The notes under the pieces were generated by a model. It did not search any database. It saw only the letters and a list, made by a program, of their open reading frames with translations, and was not told where the DNA came from. A stretch of DNA of 64,000 bases from Octopus sinensis (Eukaryota), in contig NC_043004.1 of assembly GCF_006345805.1 (NCBI RefSeq), positions 69,192,001-69,256,000 of the forward strand. Reading direction: 5' to 3'. The position numbers were made by a program, and so were the translations under genes. Below, piece by piece: positions 24,740-38,263 of this stretch (its first letter is position 1; each line of letters starts with the position of its first letter).

Positions 24740-24850
24740 CCTCCACATGTAAAGGTAAAGCAATCAATCAAGAAAAGGCAGGACGTGGATTCTTCGCTGC
24801 TGTGAGCCGCGAGTTTGGTACCAAGGAATTTACCATTTACTCCCTTTACA
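24740..24850 (+). pseudogene. Possible pogo/Tigger transposase N-terminal HTH remnant
   Basis: AAVSREFGTKEFTIYSLYK resembles the psq-type HTH (A.VAR.YGVNESTIR.I.K). The match is short. Confidence 0.3.
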
Positions 24851-25352
24851 AAGTGCAGGGAGATGATTCTCGTATCAGTGATTCATTTACCAACCTTTTT
24901 CGTTTCGCAACGGAAACCCTATAATAAACGAAAACGATGTTAGATGTATAATAGTTCGCTGCAATCGGAAACAGGCACTGATCCAGGCCTAAATAGCTTT
25001 TAATGGTTTTACTATGAAGTACAATTTTTCAAACCACTAAAACATTCGTTCTTAAATTTCTTTAGTTCAGCGCCATATTTCATCGTAAAGCTCTTAAGAA
25101 TATCCTCTTCATTTGGATAATAGTTCTTTTATCTTTTATTAGTCTCATTCATTAGAATACGGCCAAGCTGGGGCACCACCTTAAAGTATTTTAGTCGGGC
25201 GAATGCCCCCCCCCCAGTACTTATTTTTTTCTAAAGCTTGGTACTTACATATCGATCTCTATTGCCGAGCATTTAAGTTATGGATACGCAAATACACCAA
25301 TACTGGTTATCAAGCGGTAGCGGGGGAGAAACACAGACATAAAGACTCCCTC

Positions 25353-25420
<68 letters not shown>

Positions 25421-25657
25421 GTGTGTGTGTGTGTGTGTATGAAACGAACTTCTCAACCACACAGTCATGCTTGCGCCTATTCTCACCCCTAGAAAGTATG
25501 AAAATGTCCCTCTCAACACGTGGCTATGATGCTTCCCTACTACGCCCGTTCATTATTAGAAGCATACATATTGTCAACCACTAAGGAACATGCTCAAGTG
25601 GTTAAGGTCAAGAATCTGACAAACAAATCTGTGGTATTGAGCAGAATATTTGCTATA

Positions 25658-25934
25658 CAGTAATCCCTCGCCATGTCGCGGTTTATTTATCGCGGTTCAT
25701 CAATCGCGGCTCACCTATCGCGGTTCATCTATTGCAGTTCTCCTATCGCGGTTTATTATTTAAGCTTACGTCGATTCGTCTGTGGTGTTGTTTTGAATTT
25801 ATAATAAAATAAATATATACAAATTATAAAAATAATAAAAAGAAGATACTGTACAGTACTGTTTCTACTTCGCGGATTTTCACCTATCGAGCGGGTTTTG
25901 GAACTTAAGACCCGCGATAGTCGTGGGATTACTG
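25658..25934. mobile_element. pogo/Tigger-type MITE with TA TSD
   Basis: TIRs CAGTAATCCCTCG / CGTGGGATTACTG (12/13), TA on both sides, subterminal ATCGCGGTT repeats. Confidence 0.9.
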
Positions 25935-26636
25935 TAACAATATTTCTAGCTCAGCAACTTAGCTCTGAATCTGTCTGAAATGTAATGGAAAATATGTAAG
26001 TTTTTAAAACATTGATGTCCAGGTCACAAAGCAAAGTTTGAAGGGAATAGTAGTCATTTCCTTTGATTTCTAAATAGAAGCAAATAGGAAGTAACACTTA
26101 CTGACCAAAGTTTTTAAAAAAATGTTAAACTTTGTAATCCATTAATAAATGTTTCTAATAGAGACACACAGTCTGAAATTTAGCGGGAGGGGGGGGGGAA
26201 TACTCGATCAAAAAAAATCTCCTGGATTTGACAAGCATTTTGTTTTATCGAACCTGGAACGATGAAAGGCTACACAAGAATAGAATTTACTAATTGAAAA
26301 ATTGAAAATAAATGTTGGATCAATAAAATAAAATATACATTTTGCTTTATTTTTTGATAATATTTCTTGAAAGAGTTATATTTCCTAATTTCGATGTGAA
26401 AAAAGCGAATTCTAAACATTGGACCTCGATCCATCATCAATCATGTTTCATTTTACTGCTAACGTAATGCCTTTGCATATTCTAATCCCGAGAAAGACGT
26501 CTTTGAAAATGTGTTTAAAACATAATTTACGTACTTGGTTTAAATATCATAGCTCTTTAGTGAGCTCACAATGCTCCTGGACAGGCATTATCACCCAGGT
26601 TGAGAAAAGCAACCAAATAAAATTAGGGTGATGTTA

Positions 26637-26828
26637 TACGAGGGGGTGCTGAGAAGTTCCTGGATTTGGGCAAAAGAAAATACACGAGGATCAGTTCGGA
26701 TTTTACTCAACATATTCTCCTCTCAGATTCACACATTTATTGCAGTGCTCCTTCAGTTTTTCTAATCCCTGTAAAAGAATTCCAGCCAGGCCTTTCTCAG
26801 TACCTTTAAAGCCAGGAACCTTTCAGCA
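26637..26828. mobile_element. Mariner-derived MITE
   Basis: TACGAGGGGGTGCTGAGAAGTTCCTGG ... GCCAGGAACCTTTCAGCA inverted ends. The right end is truncated. Confidence 0.75.
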
Positions 26829-27668
26829 TTTTTTCAAATATAATTCAAGTTCTAAAACTTTTCTCCCAATCTAGGGGTACCATGATAAAGTATTATATCC
26901 GATGTTCTAGAAAGTATGAACGGCGAAGTCATCTTAGGCAGGATTTGAAATCAGAGCGCAGAAAGTCGGAACAAATACAGCAAAGCATTATACCCAACGC
27001 TATCAATTTTGTTGTCTTACAGTAAGGTTATAGCGTCATTCCTTGTATCGTCTCGTGGTGTGTGATTATATCACGCTTTTGTACAGTGGCACTGACAGCT
27101 TGAGCGTGTGCCGCTGGGACATTCTTGAAGTTTATAGCACATCCGAGCACCTAAGCCTATACAGGTTCAATTAACAGACTAAAACATGCTGTCCCCATAA
27201 AAGCGTCACTCGGGGCGAACCATCCACCTCGCTCATCTCTTTACCTACGCTACTGATTTTGTATGATTGGGTTCTGAAATGTGGACAGATTCATGGATGC
27301 TTTGCTTTGCCTTAAGACCGCAAATCCCGTAGGTGTCGTTGGAATAGTATACAATGTGCCTTGGGTACTTTTAGATTTGGTGGAGCGCATCCCTCTCAAA
27401 AACTGACACAACCAATTTCTTCTACAAACAATGAGGCAGGCAAACAAACAGAACGAAAGAGGAGAATGAACTCCAGTACAGTACTAGTGCGTTATTTATC
27501 GACCCCGAAAGGATGCAAAGCAAAGTTGACCACGGCAGTATTTGAACTCGGAGCTTACAGAATAAGTACTAGGCTTGCAAAGAAGAAGTCCAGGGGTCGA
27601 TTTGTTCGGTGCTCCAGCATGGCCGCAGTCAACTAAAACAAGTAAAAGAATAAAATAATGTACATATA

Positions 27669-28510
27669 CACGGTGCGATGGGTATATTGTCGCTATTTTA
27701 TATTTCTAATTTCGCACATGCGCATTGTTTGTGTTTGATTTTGCTGACTACACCGTATAGTTGGGTCATTTGGGCACCGTCTTTGAGAAAAACATCACTA
27801 TGGCACAATTCTGTCAGAAATTTGGAAACGACCTGCTGTACTGCTTAGTATCCGTGCCGGAAGCTCCAATACGAGCATTTTAGAGTGTTTGGGTATCAAT
27901 CTGAGGACATGTACTGAAAGTGATAAAACTCAAACATCCAGTCAACATCATGGTGTTTGGAATGATCACTTGTGATGGCGATGCTATGCCTCCATTTATC
28001 TTCCAACACGGCCTCGCACTCAACACGGAGGTCTACATCAAGTGCCTGGAGAAAGTAGTGCTACGCTGGGTCAAGAGGGTGGCTGCTGGAAAACCCTATG
28101 TCTGGCAACAGAACTCTGCACCATGCCACATGAGGAGAACCTAGTCATGGCTGTCAGACAATTCCTGCGGCCACATCATCCCTAATATATGGTCACCTAA
28201 CTCCCCAAGCTGCAACCCCTTGATTATTATGTGTGGGGTGCAGTTGAGCGAGAGACCAACAAATCTCTTTGTAATACCAAAGATGAACTGAAGGCAAGGA
28301 TTACGGTAGCACTGACCAACTTAAACAAGGAGACCACCCAGGAGATTTTCAGGAGATTCCGAAGTCATCTGGAGGCCATGGTTGAAGCCAATGACGATTT
28401 TATAGAATAAATTTACTCTTTAGTATTTCAAGATATTTTTATGTAATTTTAGTAAATATATCTGTTAAAATGAGATGTCAGTGTTATTTTCATTTTTGCG
28501 TAATTTAGAC
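27669..28510 (+). mobile_element. Internally deleted Tc1/mariner element of the DD37D (maT)-like type; right TIR cut by a hAT insertion
   Basis: KHPVNIMVFGMITCDG, YVWQQNSAPCH, WSPNSPSCNP.DYYVWGAVER...EAMVEANDDFIE*. TA-CACGGTGCG left end. Confidence 0.85.
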
Positions 28511-30977
28511 CAGTGATTCCCAACGTGGTCTCCGGGGCCCACCGGTGGTCCCCAGAAAATTTCTGGCGGTCCCCAGAGAATTCGTAGCCATAAAAAAAAT
28601 TGAAGCCATTTCAGATCTACACAATATTGTTCGATAATAAAGACACTGTTATTTAATAATAATTTATATGAAGACAGAATAATAAGAAAACAAAATTCAA
28701 TAATTATTCCGTAAGAATCAATAATGTATACTATATAATCAATAATATATTACAATCAAGAATTACATAATTTAAATTTTACAATCACAACAGTTTCATA
28801 ATAAATATGATATTTTTAATAGATCACTACACAATATTGTTTAATGATAAATTTGATAATTTTAATTTATAGGAATAAATTATTTATTATTTTGTAGAAA
28901 TAAAGTATCTATCATTTTAATTTTTATTAAGATCAGTCGTAATAATGTCCGAACCAACTGCTAAAATGGCAAAACTGAGGAACTACAAAGAAGATTTTAT
29001 CATATTTGGTTTTGTATCTGTAGACTCAAAACCTATGTGTCTTGAATGTGATGCCATCATGACAAATCATTCCACGAAGAAAGTTAAGCTGGAACAGCAC
29101 CAGAAATTAAGGCATCTATTATCTGTTGGTAAAGGTAGGGAATATTTTGAGAATAAAAAGAAAATACAGCCAATCAAACTACCCGACTCTGTAAAGAAGA
29201 TGAATACTGAAAAAGCAAAGACACTCAAACCAAGTTATTTGGTCTCTGAAATTATTGCCAAGGTTGCAGCACCTCAGATTTATGGTGAGTAACTTGTAAA
29301 GCCTGCTATGATAGCTTGTGCAAATGAGGTTCTGGGAAAAGATACTGTATCTACTCTGAGTACAATTCCACTTTCAAATAACACAATTACAAGAAGACAG
29401 GATGAAATGTCTAATTTTGTTGAGAAGAAGATTGTGGAAATACTCCAAAAGACAAATTTTTCTATTCAGGTTGATGATAGCACAATTCATAACCAAGTCA
29501 TCCTTCTGATTTATGTCAGATTCGTCCATGAAGATGATATAAGGGAAGAAATGTTATTCATTAAAAGTTTGTCTGAAACTACTAATGGAGAAGATATATT
29601 CAATGAAGTAATGCAGTATTTTAATGATAAAAATATTCCATTAACTAATTTGATCAACATTGCATCAGATGGAGCTGCAGCCATGACTGGAAAAGTGAAA
29701 GGCTTTGTTTCTAGAATGAAATCAGTTGCTCCTCACATTATATACACTGCATTACCCACAGACAACATTTGGTTGCTAAGAATATTGGAGGACACATGGA
29801 AGAAGCACTTAACACTGCCATACATGCAATTAATTTTGTCAAATCAAACTCAGTGAATAATAGATTTTTTATGCAATTCTGCGAAGATGAAGATTTTAAA
29901 ACCCTAATGCTTCATGCAGAAGTTAGATGGTTGTTAAAAGGCAAGAGCCTTGAAAGACTAGTGAATTTGTGGGAACATTAATCAACTTTCTCATGTTCAA
30001 GAGTCAGATCACGCATTACAACTCCATGAAGCAAGCTGATACAGCTAAGAAAATTTTGGAAAGACTTTCTGAGTTTAAATCAAAAATATTCTACTTGAGT
30101 AATATTTTTAAAATAGTGAATCTACTTAACTTAGAGCTGCGTGGTAGAAAATCAGATTTGGTCACCTGTTCTCAGAAGATAAAATGGTATATGGGGAAAT
30201 TTCAATTTTGGAAAAAACAGTTTAAAAAGAAATTGTCATCATTTCGAAGTTTTAATACCACTGTACCTACATCAGAATGCATTGCTGCATGCATTGCCTA
30301 CCTTGAAGGTCATCACTTTGAGAGAAGATACAATGATTTATTAAAGATGGATTATCCACTCTGGTTAGTAGACCTAGAAAATTATGAGCCAGGAGAAGAA
30401 AATTTTGAGTTGGTTGAAATGTTGTTGGATTTGAAAGAGAATATGAAACTGAGAAGAGTTGAAAAAGAAGGTATCTTTGCCTACATATCGATAAAGGAAT
30501 CACTCTCAAATATTTTTCGACATGTAGAAGCAAGCATCATTTCTTTCCCTGCCACATGAATGGTGGAATCTGCATTTTCAACTGTTGTTGATATGTGAAT
30601 AGAAAAAGAAATAAATTAGATGTCAACAGCAGAGCAACTATCAGACTAAGACTAAATGAGTTCATTAAAATTGATTATGATATCTTGTGTCAGAAACACC
30701 AATATCAAGCTAGTCACTAGCTGAATGGACTAAAAATGAATGACTTTATGAAAAATGATTTTGATATCTTTGTGTTTATCTTTGTTTACTAAAATAAATT
30801 TTTAGTTTTATCTTTTGTTTGCTAAAATAATTTTAATATCTAAATAGACTATTTTGTCTTTTCATTAAGTATTTTAGTGTGAAAATAGAACAGCATAAAG
30901 TAAGAGTAGAAATGGTCCCTAGAAATTTTTTTCAAGTAAAAAATGGTCCCTGGGCTGAAGAAGGTTGGGAACCACTG
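28511..30977 (+). mobile_element. hAT DNA transposon (Buster/ZBED8-like), near full length
   Basis: TIRs CAGTGATTCCCAAC / GTTGGGAACCACTG (13/14). The left flank ATTTAGAC has the NNNTANNN form. Contains a transposase pseudogene. Confidence 0.93.
28945..30720 (+). pseudogene. hAT transposase, disrupted by stops and frameshifts
   Basis: BED-like CLECD...H...H, FSIQVDDST, SDGAAAMTG, HCITHRQ (across a frameshift), EVRWLLKG, and ESAFS in the dimerisation domain. Confidence 0.92.
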
Positions 30978-31114
30978 AATGTGGTAGGGAAAAAATGATG
31001 CTTGCTTCTACATGTCGAAAAATATTTGAATGTGATTCCTTTATCGATTCCTTTATCGATATGTAGGCAAACAAAGATAAACACAAGATATCAAAATCAC
31101 TTTTCATAAAGCCA

Positions 31115-31151
<37 letters not shown>

Positions 31152-31182
31152 CTATATATATATATATATATATATATATTCC

Positions 31183-31213
<31 letters not shown>

Positions 31214-32045
31214 ACACACACACGCACATATATGTGTATGTGTTTGTGCGCTCCTTTCTATAAGTGTTTCCTGTCTCCGCTGAGCAACCGGTATTGGTTT
31301 GTTTACTCTCTCGTAATTTAGCAGTTCAGCAAAAGTAAGCGACATATTATGTACCAAACTTTAAAAAGAAACCCCCAAACCCTTGAATAAACAAGAACTG
31401 GGGCCAATTTGTACGACTAAGCAATTCAAGGCAGTGTCCCAGCATGGCCGCAGTCCAATGGCAGAAACAAAAATAAAAGAAGAGATAAAAGAATAAAGAC
31501 ACATCAGGAGAGCCAATTGACTGATGTCTCGTCCATTGAACTTCGACAAAAAAACAAAAAATGGGCAAAAGACAAAAACGAAAGAGTTTTATTTTTACGA
31601 ATGTCAACAACACTTGTTACCGAATAAATACTTCACAGATTAAAATAAAATAAACAAATGAAACATTAAAACAAAAAGAGAAAAGGTAAGATAGACAAAT
31701 AAATGAATAAATAAATAAATAAAATGATTTACAATGAAGAATTGTGATTAGAATTACCCAATTCTAAAAGCTGATCAATATTTCTAGAGTAGCTGTCACA
31801 TGTCGTTGAGTGTAATTATTCAGCAAAGAACGAGAGGGAAAGAGTCCTTATATGAAATCTAATAATGCGATGGCGATTGTTGCTTTTTCCTCTCTAGCAA
31901 TAACTGACTTGATTACAGCGATGAAGCATAGCATAATAAGTTGGAGTGTGGTATTAAATTAATCCGCTGGATGCTAATTTCTGCAGTTAATGCTATGTTT
32001 ATAGCCCTCCATATACTTTGATACTGAGATATTGCACTGTATTTT

Positions 32046-32260
32046 AGGCGAATGCGTGGCTCTGTGGTAAGACGTTTGCTTCCCAACCACATGGTTCCGA
32101 GTTCAGTTCCACTGCGCGGCACTTTGGGCAAATATCTTCTGCTATACATTCGGACCAACCAAAGCCGTGTGAGTGGATTTGGTAGACGGAAACTGAAAGA
32201 AGCCCGTCGTATATATGTATATGCATATATATGTGTGTGTGTTTGTGTGCCTGTGTTTGT
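32046..32260 (+). mobile_element. SINE family B (5' part)
   Basis: Family B head and body up to the TG microsatellite. Confidence 0.87.
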
Positions 32261-32696
32261 CCCTCCAGCAGTCTACTTTTTCTACCGCTACTGCAGTAGC
32301 CTCTGCTCTACTGAACTAGCTGCTCTCGAAGAAATGAAAAGAAGCCTTCTTTAACACTAGAAGTACCAACATTTCTTACTTCCTAAAAGAACCATAGCGG
32401 CCATTTTTGACCGGCATTGAAAATATTATTGAAAAAAAATTGCATACTAAAATATATACATATATACACATATTCAATACAGTCGTAGAAATTAAAAAGA
32501 GAAAAGCAAAAGCGGCCAAATTATTAAGGAGCCAGATCAGCTGGAATTGGTAACGAATTGCGTTTCTTGGGTGTGTAAATGATACCAGAGTACCTTGAAA
32601 TATTTTACGTCCTGGTTTTAAATCAATCAAGAAAGTCTTGTCTCTCATTCATAGAATATAATTACCAATCGGTAATTATATTCTATGAATATAATT

Positions 32697-32968
32697 AGGT
32701 GGGGCTGTGTGGTAAGTAGCTTGCTTACGAATTACATGGTTCCGGGTTTAGTCCCACTGCGTGGCACTTTTGGCAAGTGTCTTCTACTATAGCCTCGGGA
32801 CAACCAAAGCCTTGTGAGTGGATTTGGTAGACGGAAACTGAAAGAAGCCCGTCGTATGTATATATATATATCTGTGTGTGTGTGTGTGTGTGTGTCTGTG
32901 CTTGAACCCCCGACATAGCTTAACAACTGGTGCTGGTGTGTTTACGTCCCCGTAACTTAGCGGTTCGT
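32697..32968 (+). mobile_element. SINE family B (3'-truncated)
   Basis: GCTGTGTGGTAAGTAGCTTGC...GAAAGAAGCCCGTCG...TTACGTCCCCGTAACTTAGCGGTTCG. Confidence 0.9.
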
Positions 32969-33274
32969 CTGTGACTCCGAGGTTGGTGGGGTAAACTGGT
33001 GGGCGATTTCATATTTCGTTTTCTATTCTTTTTTATTTCAACACAATTCAGATTCTTAAGAAAAAACATTAATATTTGAACGATCCTAGTATATTACTGG
33101 TACTCATCATTTACGAATGAAATACAAAACCACGTTGATGAGATTAAAAACCAGAACATAAAAGAACCAAAGTAAATATTTTAAAATTCTCTGGTATTTT
33201 TTACACAACCAAGAAAGAAGGCATTACATAACATTGGGTTTCAAATTTTGTTACAAGTCTAGCAATTTTTGGGG

Positions 33275-33446
33275 GTGGGAGTCGATTACATTGACCCCAG
33301 AGTTCAGAGTTCAACCGAAAGGATGAAAGGCAAAGTCGACCTGGGCGGAATTTGAACTCAGAACGTAGCGGCAGAACGTAGTGGATGAAACGCCGCTAAA
33401 TATTTGGCTCGGCATGCTAACGATTCTACCAGCACGCCACCTTAAG
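33275..33446 (-). mobile_element. SINE family A
   Basis: GAAAGGATGAAAGGCAAAGTCGACC...GGAATTTGAACTCAGAACGTAG...GCTAACGATTCTACCAGCACGCC. Confidence 0.85.
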
Positions 33447-34146
33447 GCATTACATAATATTAGCCATTTCCAGCCGATCTGGCCCTTTAAAGAAAGCTTC
33501 TGTTCATTTCTTCGAAGTTAGATAAAAAAATGACAATGCTCTCCTTTTCGTGTCCAGTTGGACATCTTGTTGTGAACAGCACTCTAAACTAGTTTGGCAG
33601 AGAAATACTGTGTGCCGTGGCCTTTTTACAACAATTAACAACAAAGAAACATTGTTCATTCCGAAGATTCTTCTCAGTATCACACAACAGTCTGAGATAT
33701 CTTTTCAAATGGAAACGAAAAATGGTTTTCGATAAATCTACCTTTTGTAATGAGACAAGAAGGAAACTCTTTCCAAAATGCTTCACAAAGAACTATTTTT
33801 CCAACGCACAGCTGCATACCGTTTTGCTCATAAAGAATTCTAAAGAACGGCAGCAATGGAATTATTTGGACGAAAACTCTGCTTATTTACCGAAGAGGAA
33901 AAAAATTACATCGATTTCTTAATACGAATAAGATGTTGCATTTGATTGGGGCGGGGAAGAAGAGGGAAAATCGATTACATCGATAATAACACTTTATTTG
34001 ATCTATTCCAAATGGAACAAATCCAGTGGGATTTGAGCGCGAAACGTAAAGAAAGGGAGAAATTACGACAAGACATTTTGTTCAACGTTCTTATGAATTT
34101 AACAATCAACCGTCCTTTACAGAAGAGGAAAAATAATAATTGAGAT

Positions 34147-34180
<34 letters not shown>

Positions 34181-34255
34181 TACGTCCATACATACATACA
34201 TTCACACAGCCACACGCACGCACACGCACACACACCACACACACACACACACACA

Positions 34256-34291
<36 letters not shown>

Positions 34292-35176
34292 TGCATGCAT
34301 GTATGTATGTATGTATGTATGTATGTATGTATGTATGTATGTATGTATGTATGTATGTATAAACTAAAGAATCTTCAGTTTAATTCCGCAGTCACACATT
34401 TGCACCTATAAATGTAATAAGTATAGTTAACTTTTTCTCTATGGTTGCTCCATCTGCAAGAAATGGCAACTAAGTCTTCGCTACATCATACCCGACCGTC
34501 TTTATAAAGAGAAGAACGCATTGAGTAATCTAATACTGGAGTACGCAAGGAATAATATAACACTGAGGTACATTAACCAATGTGTACTTTCACCCAGTTG
34601 TTGTTGTTGTTGCTATTTAACCCTAGGATAGCCCATCCTACAAAGCCGAAACCAAAATTATTTCATCTGCAGACTTTCCATCTTTAATTAGACATAATCT
34701 ACCTAGGACTACATTCTGCAATGTGTTCTTTACTGTTGTTCCTTAACACCACCTAATCCCTAGCAGCAAATTTATGATCAAAGACAATCAAGCCGTGACT
34801 ATCTCGTCTTTTTGTATGACAAGGACTACATTTTTTAATGAATCCTTCCGATTTTTTTTTTAATTTTCAGGTTTTAAATTGTGATTTTCTGGAAGATCTG
34901 TCTATTATCTCTAGCAGATCAGGTGACTACGTAGACATTTCATTGATGACTCCGTGCCTGATGGTAAATCTCTTTGTGACAGTGTTTTCTGCGTGAGACT
35001 TCGCTGTTATTTCTAGTAGAATGAGCGACCGTATAGAGGCTCTGGCGATTGTTCTCTTAATTTAGTTGTGACTTATCAAAGATTTGTAGATAGTTACGTT
35101 TGATATCATCATCACCATCATCATCATCATTCCCGTGACCATCATCGTCATCGTCATCATCACCAGCATCACCACG

Positions 35177-35213
<37 letters not shown>

Positions 35214-36977
35214 ACAGCGTCATCATTATCAGAGTTATGGCTGTTGCCCCATCCCCTCCTTCTGACTTCCTCTCATACTCATTCTCTCCCCTCCGTCCCT
35301 TCTATTCTCCTCCTCCTCCTCTTCCTCCCCTCTACCCCTCCCATCTGTTTTCTCTTCTCCTTTTCTCCTCCTCTCTTTCCTCACTTTTCTTTCACCTCTT
35401 CCACCCTTCTCCCTCCATTCTCTATCCTCATATTATTGTCTGAGACTAAACCGTTAATTAATATGTTCAATCCATTGAGAACCTCTGATGTTTATTCTAT
35501 AAGCCGTCATAATCCTCTCGGTAAGTGAAGATAAGCCATCAGAACTACAAGAGAAAGAGTTCGTGGGGGATCATCTCAATACTAATTTACAATAACGAGA
35601 GATGATTTCTAAGGTCAAGAATTTACGGATTTGCAATGAAATGTCATTCTTCAAATAATTCTGTAGAAACAACAAAAATGTCAGACTGATGATGACATAA
35701 ATTTTTATTCTTCATCTGTTCCAATAGATTCGAACATGATTATGCTAATCGCTGATATGTCTCGTCATAAGAAAACGTTAATGAATTATTAATACACATC
35801 GTCTGTGTTATGACGTGGGTATACACGTCTGGTGTGAAATGGCATTATGCAAATAAATAGTTGGTTGTGGTTATCTACAAATAACCTACCGCAGAAATAT
35901 ATTTTAACACAGAATGCACTTCGTACTACTCGAACGTGGGCACTATACTCAGTATTCACTGTTCAACTACCGATTGTTAAACCAACACACGTCGAGCTAA
36001 CACGGTCGAACTCACACCTACCTCTTTGTCTTAAGCACACAGGATCATACAAAGAAAGGATGATACATGGACAGACAAAACTCCACAGTGGGGTTACATA
36101 AAACATATAACGAATGAAATTATGAATTATAATGATAAAAATGGAAATGAAATGTCTTACTTGCCCACCCTCACTCGCAAGCAGTCATTTAATTGTTCAT
36201 GTATCACATTCACTATTCTTTTTGTTTTTTTCTTTTTAAGTCACTTTTCAAAATTGCTACTTACTTTCATTTGTCACTATATATTCTATTAAATCCTCAA
36301 ATGGTGGCAATTCGTCATACCGAACCTGTATCAGCGATATTTCTATCATCTCTTCGAACAGTTCCTTCAACTTCTCTCCACTTTTCTTCTCAAGCAAGGC
36401 TGCTTTGATGTCTTCGTTGTACTCATTCACCGTTAATTTAACCCTAATTACATGTTTCATCTTGGTTATTTTTTTCTCAATCTCCACACTTTTTTTATAA
36501 TTTATCGTAGTCCGTAAGTGTTTCCCTTTCTGAACTCCTTTCTGTCTTCCGTTATTAGTCTCCTCGGGTATCGGTTTCTTTCTCTTCTCTGTTTCTTTCT
36601 CGCTCGATGTTGGCATCTCCCTTCTTTCTCTTCCTTTCTTTTCTGCACCTTCACTCTCTCCTCCCTTGTAATACCTGGTCTCACACACTGAGTCTCCTTT
36701 ACGCTTTCCATTCTCTTCTTCATCGGACTCTTAGGTGGTGAGTCCGCGTTTCTCTCTCTCTTCTTTCTCTTCACCACTGTCCAAATACACAACATGGACT
36801 CTCCCATCGAACTAACACTGTCAACTACATCCCTCCTTCCGCCACTGACAGTTCACTAAGTTCTTATTTATTGTAATCGGTTAGTCCACGTTCAGTCACT
36901 TGGGGGTGTTCAAGATTCTCCCATAACAGTCTGAAAGGAGAAATTTTTTTCCTCTATGATGAAACACAATATCAGTG

Positions 36978-37345
36978 GATGCGCAATGGCCCAGTGGTTA
37001 GGGCAGCGGATTCGCGTTTCGATTCCCAGACCGGGCGTTGTGTGTGTTTATTGAGCGAAAACACCTAAAGCTCCACGAGGCCCCGTCAGGGGGTGGTGGC
37101 GACCCCTGTTGTACTCTTTCGCCCCAACTTTCTCTCACTCTTTCTTCCTGTTTCTTGTCCACGACTTCCGACGCAACCGCTGAGCCTGGATGTGCATTCA
37201 TTCATCCGTCGATGTTCTCGGTGTCGGGGGTTGACCTGCTTTCTCTTCTGCGGGTCTTACGAATAGCAAAGGACCACGTTTCGGACTTCTCCCATCTTGC
37301 GACCTCTGGGACGAAGACCGTTCGCTCAACAGCAACAGCAACACA
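36978..37345 (+). mobile_element. SINE family C with a second tail type ending in (CAA)-like repeats
   Basis: Head and body are close to 14983-15165. The tail differs. Confidence 0.9.
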
Positions 37346-37490
37346 ACAGCAGTTAATATATACCCATTCCAATCTGCTGGGACGGATTAAGAATAAATAT
37401 GTAAGACATCGTCTTGATTCTCGCTGTCCACCTTACATACGACGAATTATCATCTTTTGGTAGATATCAGCAATCAGCAATGTTTGGCCC

Positions 37491-37812
37491 CGTGGTATTC
37501 TCAACTGGGGTCCATATGGGTGGGGGAACACAAATTAGTAAATTGGAAATCAACAATAGTATTTTAAGGGGTCATGTAAAAATTTTGCTTTCCATGTATA
37601 TCTTGGTATTTTTGGCAAGAAAAAGGTTTCTTTCTTTAACATTTTACATATTCAATCTACATAAGTTAATGTGTGAAAAGAAAAGTAGGAATTTGGAAAG
37701 AAGTTTCTGTAAAATTAGTTTTTAAACATCGAATGGCTATGGCGGAGGGTACACCAGAATAAAATAGTAATCAAAGGGGTCCATAGATAAAAGAAATGGT
37801 AGAAAACCCTTG
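37491..37812. mobile_element. Degenerate hAT-type MITE
   Basis: GTGGTATTCTCAACTGGGGTCCAT ... GGGGTCCATAG...ATGGTAGAAAACCC; imperfect TIRs. Confidence 0.55.
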
Positions 37813-37929
37813 GTTTAATCTTATGAATATGAGTCACGAGCTCTTGTTAGATTCATTAGTGAAGAGTGTCTTTGGTTGATGAGACACAAGAATGCTGAAA
37901 ATCAGGGCGTCCTGGAATCCACTTACGCT

Positions 37930-38263
37930 AAGTACGCAACTGGTACTTAATTTATCGACCCCGAAGGGATGAATGGCAAAGTCGACCTCGGCGGAATTTG
38001 AACTCAGAACGTAAAGACAGACGAAATACCTATTTCTTTACAATCCACAAGGGGCTAAACACAGAGAGGACAAACAAGGACAGACAAACGGATTAAGTCG
38101 ATTATATCGACCTCAGTGCGTAAATGGTACTTATTTAATCGACCCCGAAAGGATGAAAGTCAAATTCGACCTCGGCGGAATTTGAACTCAGAATGTAGCG
38201 CAGACGAAATACCGCAAAGCATTTCGCCCGGCGTGCAAACGATTCTGTCAGTTCGCTGCCTTA
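37930..38263 (-). mobile_element. SINE family A with a tandem re-entry of its body
   Basis: The block CGACCTCGGCGGAATTTGAACTCAGAA...CAGACGAAATACC occurs twice (about 37982 and 38168). Confidence 0.88.
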
